Shown in pieces: positions 46,058-50,914 of a stretch of DNA of 50,914 bases (positions are counted from its first letter, which is position 1; every line of letters begins with the position of its first letter). The stretch lies in IMG/VR virus record IMGVR_UViG_3300046167_000433, positions 1-50,914 of that record. The stretch is one strand, 5' to 3'. The notes under the pieces were generated by a model. That model had not been told where the DNA came from and made no database searches. It saw nothing but the letters and a program-made list of their open reading frames with translations. The translations under genes were made by a program, and so were the position numbers. The DNA comes from a virus (Duplodnaviria; Caudoviricetes).

Positions 46058-46320
46058 GAGAAAAACAAGCACTGAAGAAGCTTGAGTCTTATGTACTCAA
46101 GACTTACGGAGAGCATTACGCGAAGAACGGATTGCAGGCAATCGATCTGATCATCGCTAACGGTTACGGCATCGAACACGCCATGGCCTGCGTCATCAAG
46201 TATGCGTCACGGCTGGGTAAGAAGGAGGGGGCAGACATGGAGCATGACATCTTGAAAATCTGCCACTACGGACTGCTGGCCTTGGTTGCTCTAGAAAAAA
46301 ATGACGGCGGGAAAAAATGA
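46054..46320 (+). CDS. DUF3310-like protein
   Basis: HYA..GLQAIDLI, IKYASRLGKK, DILKICHY. Confidence 0.7.
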   Translation: MREKQALKKLESYVLKTYGEHYAKNGLQAIDLIIANGYGIEHAMACVIKYASRLGKKEGADMEHDILKICHYGLLALVALEKNDGGKK

Positions 46321-46601
46321 GAGAAAACAAATCACGATTCCACGGTCTCTTAAACCGCATGGGGGATATGAACGTCGTTACGTTTACCACTAAGGAGGCT
46401 GGGCCAATGCTGGGCATCTCCAAGGTCGATGTGAAGCTCCTCATTGAGTATGGCGTCAGCACGGGGAGGTTGAGGATGGCGCTCAGTTCGGGTGATTACG
46501 GAAGGACACACGCGCTCTATGAGCTAGTCAACTGGCGCACCAAGTGGATGAGAATGAAGTGGAGGAGCGACGATGGTCAACTCACGAACGAAGGGGCATA
46601 A
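46317..46601 (+). CDS. Hypothetical protein (possible winged HTH)
   Basis: Coupled ORF; FTTKEAGPMLGISK. Confidence 0.55.
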   Translation: MRENKSRFHGLLNRMGDMNVVTFTTKEAGPMLGISKVDVKLLIEYGVSTGRLRMALSSGDYGRTHALYELVNWRTKWMRMKWRSDDGQLTNEGA

Positions 46602-46974
46602 CTACGAGCGTGAGATCGTTCACGCCTTACGCGAAGAGCTAGGCACGATAGTCGATGAGCCGATCAAGCGGATCCTAGATCAGTATCGAGAGAACAGCTT
46701 GCCCGACATAGTGGTGGGGCCGTTTGCTATCGAGTGCAAGCGATACAGCCAAGGTTGCGTCCCGCATCGGGCGTGGTGGGATCAGGTGGTCGCGGCGGGA
46801 AAGGCTAACGACTTGATACCGGCGCTGGTGTATCGGTTCGACAGGGCCAAGACGCTTTGTGTCGTTCCGCTTTACGCAATCAATCCAGATCTCCCCAGAA
46901 GCACCGAGAGTAGGGCGACGATGGATTGGAATGACTTTGTAATGGTCATGCGAGAGAACCTTGCGTCCCCCTGA
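46573..46974 (+). CDS. Holliday junction resolvase (Hjc-like)
   Basis: SRTKG..YERE, PDI, IECKR, WWDQ, PALVYR. Confidence 0.8.
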   Translation: MVNSRTKGHNYEREIVHALREELGTIVDEPIKRILDQYRENSLPDIVVGPFAIECKRYSQGCVPHRAWWDQVVAAGKANDLIPALVYRFDRAKTLCVVPLYAINPDLPRSTESRATMDWNDFVMVMRENLASP

Positions 46975-47245
46975 ATTAAGGGCCGTTTACATGGAAGCGG
47001 CAAGGCACCTAACGTATCCTGAAATTAAGGCTCATATCCACGAAAAATTAAGCCCTCAATTTCATATACTTGCGATGCGTCTAGCCCTAATTGCGGTCAG
47101 TTCAAATATCGCAGATCTGTCAAGTCTAGAAGAACGGCGGCGAGTTCTAGATACTTATCCTGACTGCGACGGAGCGCTGGACGGCATTCGAGACGAGGTA
47201 AAACTCGGGGTGCAAAGACTCTGGCGGCGGCGCAAATCTAACTAG
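46961..47245 (+). CDS. Hypothetical protein
   Basis: Overlapping operon ORF. Confidence 0.55.
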   Translation: MRPPELRAVYMEAARHLTYPEIKAHIHEKLSPQFHILAMRLALIAVSSNIADLSSLEERRRVLDTYPDCDGALDGIRDEVKLGVQRLWRRRKSN

Positions 47246-47254
47246 GGGATCTTA

Positions 47255-47500
47255 ATGACTGAAGCCGCACGAATTCTTGAGCGGAAGGACAACGTCGTCT
47301 TTCTTCACCGCGAAGGCTGGAATTACTTTGATGAAACAGCCCCCGAGATCGAGGGCTGGTACTTGGTGACGGGAACGTCGGACGATGGTAACTGGTTCGG
47401 TTTCTTTGAGTTGGTCGGGGATAGTTTGTCGGGCGAGGTCGATGAACCTAATCCGTATCCCGTCGCATTTCTTCGAGTTCCAAATCCACCTTTATTTTGA
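47255..47500 (+). CDS. Hypothetical protein
   Basis: AGGGG RBS; PEIEGWYLVT. Confidence 0.6.
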   Translation: MTEAARILERKDNVVFLHREGWNYFDETAPEIEGWYLVTGTSDDGNWFGFFELVGDSLSGEVDEPNPYPVAFLRVPNPPLF

Positions 47501-47849
47501 GTAGCTCCAGCGCGTAGCTGGGCATTGTTCGATAGCCCTTGGATGATGGGTCTCTGAGCCAGTTGCGAACCGTTTCCAGCGGGGCATTGATCAGAAAAGC
47601 CACCTCATTGCGCGTCAGGGAATGCTTTTCAGTCATTCGCTTGAGTTCAATATTGTATTGACCAGAGCTATTCATATGCTCCTCTTTTGGAAAGTAATCT
47701 GCGCCAAATTTATTGTACAGGCGCAGGTATTTTCTTAGTCTATGTTCTGGAATGTTCTCCGTTACGTCAACCACGCACTTCCAAGGTCTGCCACGGGATC
47801 TTTCCTCCGCGACACGGGCCATCGTCTCCGAGCTTACCTTAGTAATCAC
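47448..47849 (-). CDS. HTH protein; in-frame internal start at 47675
   Basis: LTRNEVAFLINAPLETVRNWL HTH; GAGGAG RBS before MNSSG. Confidence 0.65.
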   Translation of the reverse strand: MITKVSSETMARVAEERSRGRPWKCVVDVTENIPEHRLRKYLRLYNKFGADYFPKEEHMNSSGQYNIELKRMTEKHSLTRNEVAFLINAPLETVRNWLRDPSSKGYRTMPSYALELLKIKVDLELEEMRRDTD

Positions 47850-48066
47850 GTCGGATCTCCTCCAAGCTCATGGGATTTTTGTGTTCCTCCATGGCCCTGC
47901 AAAAGCTATCCCATACCCACTTCAAGTTAGGATGCTCTTTGATCCAATCGCCGATGATAATCCTCTGAGCAGACCCCTTCTTGTAAGCTCGGTGATCGTC
48001 CGAGTAGGTGTACCAAAAGTCATGCTTTTTCAGCAGATCAAAAAACTGAAATTCTAATTCGTCCAT
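47839..48066 (-). CDS. Hypothetical protein
   Basis: AGGAGG RBS; LKKHDFWY.YSDDHRAYKKG. Confidence 0.7.
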   Translation of the reverse strand: MDELEFQFFDLLKKHDFWYTYSDDHRAYKKGSAQRIIIGDWIKEHPNLKWVWDSFCRAMEEHKNPMSLEEIRRDY

Positions 48067-48070
48067 GATG

Positions 48071-48163
48071 TCATCCTCCTACAATTGCTAATTCGTAAAA
48101 TAGAAATGAAAAATAAAGTGCGAGTGTTGCGGCAAGGGCAACCCACTGCTCTGGAATATTCAT
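48071..48163 (-). CDS. 30-aa single-TM peptide (not in ORF track)
   Basis: ATGA coupling; MNIPEQWVALAATLALYFSFLFYELAIVGG. Confidence 0.55.
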   Translation of the reverse strand: MNIPEQWVALAATLALYFSFLFYELAIVGG

Positions 48164-48381
48164 TGAATCGATCCTCCGTTTTCGTCTTCAAGAAAAGAGG
48201 AGATCTGTCCTAGCAGATCGACCCAGTCCTCGATGATTTTCTTTTGAACTGAATAGGGCATCTCCATGAAGACATCGTCTGGATCCAAGCACAGAAACCC
48301 GAATCCTTTTTCAACGTCAGCAATCAGGTGTCCAACCTTCGACTCTTCAACTGCTGATTCGTCAACCGTTACCATCTTCAT
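48160..48381 (-). CDS. Hypothetical protein
   Basis: Coupled ORF. Confidence 0.6.
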   Translation of the reverse strand: MKMVTVDESAVEESKVGHLIADVEKGFGFLCLDPDDVFMEMPYSVQKKIIEDWVDLLGQISSFLEDENGGSIQ

Positions 48382-48593
48382 TCGATCTCAATCCCTTCAT
48401 GCTCAAGTTCATCTAGCTTGGCACCAAGGTAGCGAATCATCGCGATTGCTTGCTCGATCTGTTTCTGATCTGAAGAGGTCTGCAATAAAAAAATTGCCTC
48501 GTCACCCAGCTTCTCGAACTGCCCTGCGGCGGTCAGTATTACTTCGCGCTCACTGTCACCACGCGCCGACTCAATATCGATTACGTTGCTCAT
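48378..48593 (-). CDS. Hypothetical protein
   Basis: Coupled ORF, MSNVID start. Confidence 0.6.
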   Translation of the reverse strand: MSNVIDIESARGDSEREVILTAAGQFEKLGDEAIFLLQTSSDQKQIEQAIAMIRYLGAKLDELEHEGIEIE

Positions 48594-48904
48594 GCCTCTT
48601 CCTCGTTAAAGATCAAATCGAATCCCCAATAGGTCTCGCAGTAGCCCCACGGCGGGATTATGCCGCCGCTAATAACCTGCATTGACTGTGAGACCCCCCA
48701 ATCTGCGGGGCCGCACTCCCAGATCACATGCCAGCCGCTGGTATAACCACGCTCCTGACTCTCCTCCGGCGAGTAGATCTGAACCTCATAATTGGGATCC
48801 TGATCTGCCTCGGCAGAGTCCATAACGAGCGCAAGGTAAGCCGTGTTTGCGGCGTCTTTTGCTGACTCGAATTGATGCCACTGAATTGCTTTGATGTGTC
48901 TCAT
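48590..48904 (-). CDS. Hypothetical protein
   Basis: ATGA coupling at 48904; VIWECGPADWG, YCETYWGFDL. Confidence 0.65.
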   Translation of the reverse strand: MRHIKAIQWHQFESAKDAANTAYLALVMDSAEADQDPNYEVQIYSPEESQERGYTSGWHVIWECGPADWGVSQSMQVISGGIIPPWGYCETYWGFDLIFNEEEA

Positions 48905-49137
48905 GACTCCAACTCCTCCAGCCCTTCCGGTATCGAACCGACAGCCCCTACAAAGCATCGATCCATCACCGCGATGTAGTCCGCAAGCTCCTGCTTCTGA
49001 GCCTTAGTCTCTATTGATAATGCGCACTGGACGTAGATGTCCTTGAAGACATCGTCCGGCTGGTGTCCTGCCTGCAAGAGCATCAAGATGCGATCCTGTA
49101 CGGACTGCTGTAAGTTTTCTGCGGCTAGTAATTTCAT
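48901..49137 (-). CDS. Hypothetical protein
   Basis: ATGA coupling at 49137 with GAGG RBS. Confidence 0.55.
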   Translation of the reverse strand: MKLLAAENLQQSVQDRILMLLQAGHQPDDVFKDIYVQCALSIETKAQKQELADYIAVMDRCFVGAVGSIPEGLEELES

Positions 49138-49631
49138 GACGCGAGTTCCTCTTCGATGTCTGAGATGATTTCGTTGCACAGGTTGTTGTCGGAGTAGTCA
49201 CTGATCACGCCCATGGGTTGATGCTCAAAGCCGTTGTTGTAGATCAGGCTGAACCAGCCGAGACCCTGACCGTCATTCATGATGATCACGTCACCATCTC
49301 CTGCGGCTAGGTTCTTGATGATCTCGGCGAGGTCGCTGGAGCGCTCGATGATTGGCTCGTCTTCCATCCAAATCGAGATGGGGTGACCGCGCTTCAGGAT
49401 GGCTTTGACTAGCGCCAGCAGGACGGGTCGCTCCCACTTGGGTGGATAGTTAGCACTTGACCAAGTCAGGTTGCGCTCTTTTTCCAATTGCACTTGAAGG
49501 TCTGCGGCATGAGCCATGCGCTGTAGCTCTGATCGAATGTCTCGCTTGCTCTCAAACGATCCGTTCTCAAGTACCGCCAGCATCACTGGCAACAGCGATT
49601 TCCAAGTTGGTGTTATGTCGATGGTTTCCAT
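49134..49631 (-). CDS. Hypothetical protein downstream of hammerhead (in-frame ATG also at 49709)
   Basis: METIDITPTW; C-terminal LIYNNG...VISDYSDN. Confidence 0.65.
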   Translation of the reverse strand: METIDITPTWKSLLPVMLAVLENGSFESKRDIRSELQRMAHAADLQVQLEKERNLTWSSANYPPKWERPVLLALVKAILKRGHPISIWMEDEPIIERSSDLAEIIKNLAAGDGDVIIMNDGQGLGWFSLIYNNGFEHQPMGVISDYSDNNLCNEIISDIEEELAS

Positions 49632-49657
49632 TTCAATTTCCAGATTGTTCGGGTGAA

Positions 49658-49720
49658 TTCCCGTGACCCGCCGAAGCGGGTTTCGACCAGTGTTCAACTG
49701 GTAGCTCATCAGACGGGGAA
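49658..49720 (-). ncRNA. Type I hammerhead ribozyme
   Basis: CCCGT-CTGATGA-G(CT)ACCAGT-TGAAC-ACTGGTC-GAAA-CCCGC-TTCG-GCGGG-TC/ACGGG; full catalytic core and three stems. Confidence 0.9.
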
Positions 49721-49981
49721 GTGGCGGTTACAGCGCTCGCGGAAATCTTCCTGCGCACCGTCCCATGTCATGTCGTAATGGCCCCAAGTGAAGCCGCTGG
49801 ATACCCAGAAGTAGGCGGCGGTGCCGTAGCGATGAGCCAAGCCTTTGTAGCTTCCCCCCCTGTCGAACAGCACTACTGCGCCTTCCTCATCCGACTCAAC
49901 GCGGACGATATTCCAGCCGTTGTATTTGGCCCAATGCTCAAGGTCAGCCATGCGGCCTATTGATTTGACTGATGCGTTCAT
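49709..49981 (-). CDS. Hypothetical protein
   Basis: GGAG RBS; GFTWGHY...A..DF.ER. Confidence 0.65.
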   Translation of the reverse strand: MNASVKSIGRMADLEHWAKYNGWNIVRVESDEEGAVVLFDRGGSYKGLAHRYGTAAYFWVSSGFTWGHYDMTWDGAQEDFRERCNRHFPV

Positions 49982-50082
49982 GATTCTTGCTCCATGTTGA
50001 CGAGGATTATTGGTAGGAGAGTGCAGACCAGAAGGCCGAAAACAATTAATCCAAAGGTGAGTAGTTGATCTTCTGAGTTCAT
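49978..50082 (-). CDS. 34-aa single-TM peptide (not in ORF track)
   Basis: Coupled at both ends; MNSEDQLLTFGLIVFGLLVCTLLPIILVNMEQES. Confidence 0.55.
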   Translation of the reverse strand: MNSEDQLLTFGLIVFGLLVCTLLPIILVNMEQES

Positions 50083-50914
50083 CACGCCGCCTCCTGATTG
50101 GCTTTCTTGAGTTCGGCTTTCGCCTGCTTGAATTCCTCGGTGACAGTCCACGGCAACCCGTAACGCTTCGCGCAGATCGGGCCGTAGCCGTTGCTGACTG
50201 ACTCGTTAGTGGTGAGATCGCGGGAGCAGAAACAGCAGTTGTTATGCTGAGCGCCGTGAGCCTTGGCGGCAGTCACAACGTCAGCGCCCACCTCGGCGAT
50301 GCGTTGCTTAACGTCATCCTCGACGCCTCGCCCCGCGAAGAACTTGCCCTCGGGTGTGATCTTGCCGAGGTAGTCTCGGTAACCGTAGGCGTCCTTCTCG
50401 CCCTTGACATAGACGTGGCCAGCGTTGCGTCCCGTGAGCAGGGTGCCAGAGAGAACAGCAGGTCTCCGGTGTTGACCTTGGGGCGCTTGATGCCAGCCTT
50501 GAGAGCCAGAGCAAAACGATCTAGCAGATCGCCCATATTGATCTGGGTTTGGGTGGCCTTCTGCTCGCGTTGCTTTGCCCAATCTTCCTCTCGGGCAATG
50601 GACTGATACACGGCTTGCAGTTGCTTCGGTGACAGGTCGCCCTTCTTCTTGACCTGCTCCATCAGGGACTCGTAAAAGTCGCCCTTTGCATTGGCGAGGT
50701 ACTCCAGCGCGGCAGGCTCCCGCTTGCCAAACTCTGCGACGTTCTCTTGCTTGCGTCGGATAGCCGCAGTAGCCGAGTAGGCGCGAGCCTTGAGCCGTTG
50801 CTCAGGGCTGGTCTTGAGTAGCCCAGTACCTCGGCACTTGCCGCACTCGACGGTTCTCCGGTTTACAAAGCCGTAGGTGTACCGGCCAGTGCCGTGACAG
50901 CGGTGGCACTTGTA
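50082..50914 (-). CDS. DnaJ-type Zn finger + DUF6011-domain protein, 5'-truncated by window; frameshift(s) at ~50431-50443
   Basis: CHRCHGTG...CGKCRGTG; LFSLAP|AHG|RNAGHVYVK; CCFCSRDLT..ESV..GYGPICA. Confidence 0.75.

Noticed and set aside
45566-46072. 168-aa minus-strand ORF and other long antisense ORFs (e.g. 26487..27095, 44385..45107)
   Set aside because: Shadows of well-supported + strand genes, with no RBS or recognisable motifs
35268-50100. C-terminal EAA/KAA ends as ClpXP degradation tags
   Set aside because: Mostly explained by GGAGG RBS sequence for the coupled downstream gene; no independent support
1-50914. CRISPR array or mini-array
   Set aside because: No regularly spaced repeats seen; the 65-bp repeat has two copies 5.9 kb apart

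Overview
This window is most of the genome of a temperate, probably short-tailed (podovirus-like) dsDNA bacteriophage. The gene content suggests a marine phage with a gammaproteobacterial host (inference). The + strand from 1 to 35256 is the late operon: DUF5675, HNH, terminase large subunit, portal, scaffold, major capsid, head-tail adaptors, a block of modular tail-fibre genes, holin-like genes, nozzle, tail tip and ejection proteins. It ends in a 2842-aa polyvalent protein and small basic proteins. The rest holds accessory genes, an attP (3' part of tRNA-Ala(GGC)) inside the 3' end of a tyrosine integrase, a recombination module (SSB, YqaJ exonuclease, Sak), a repressor, a replication module, nucleases and a leftward block of small genes. 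Features not explained by the ORF track: (1) a complete type I hammerhead ribozyme at 49658-49720 (-) whose catalytic core carries a stop and a start codon; (2) a divergent CsrA-like gene preceded by a structured leader with a consensus CsrA hairpin and an RBS-sequestering helix; (3) a repeated F-[AV]-[RK]-R-L linker dividing the giant ejection protein, with a twin-arginine motif right after one linker; (4) a duplicated 65-bp structured leader after paralogous tail-fibre genes. Several +1 frameshifts in short homopolymers look like sequencing errors.
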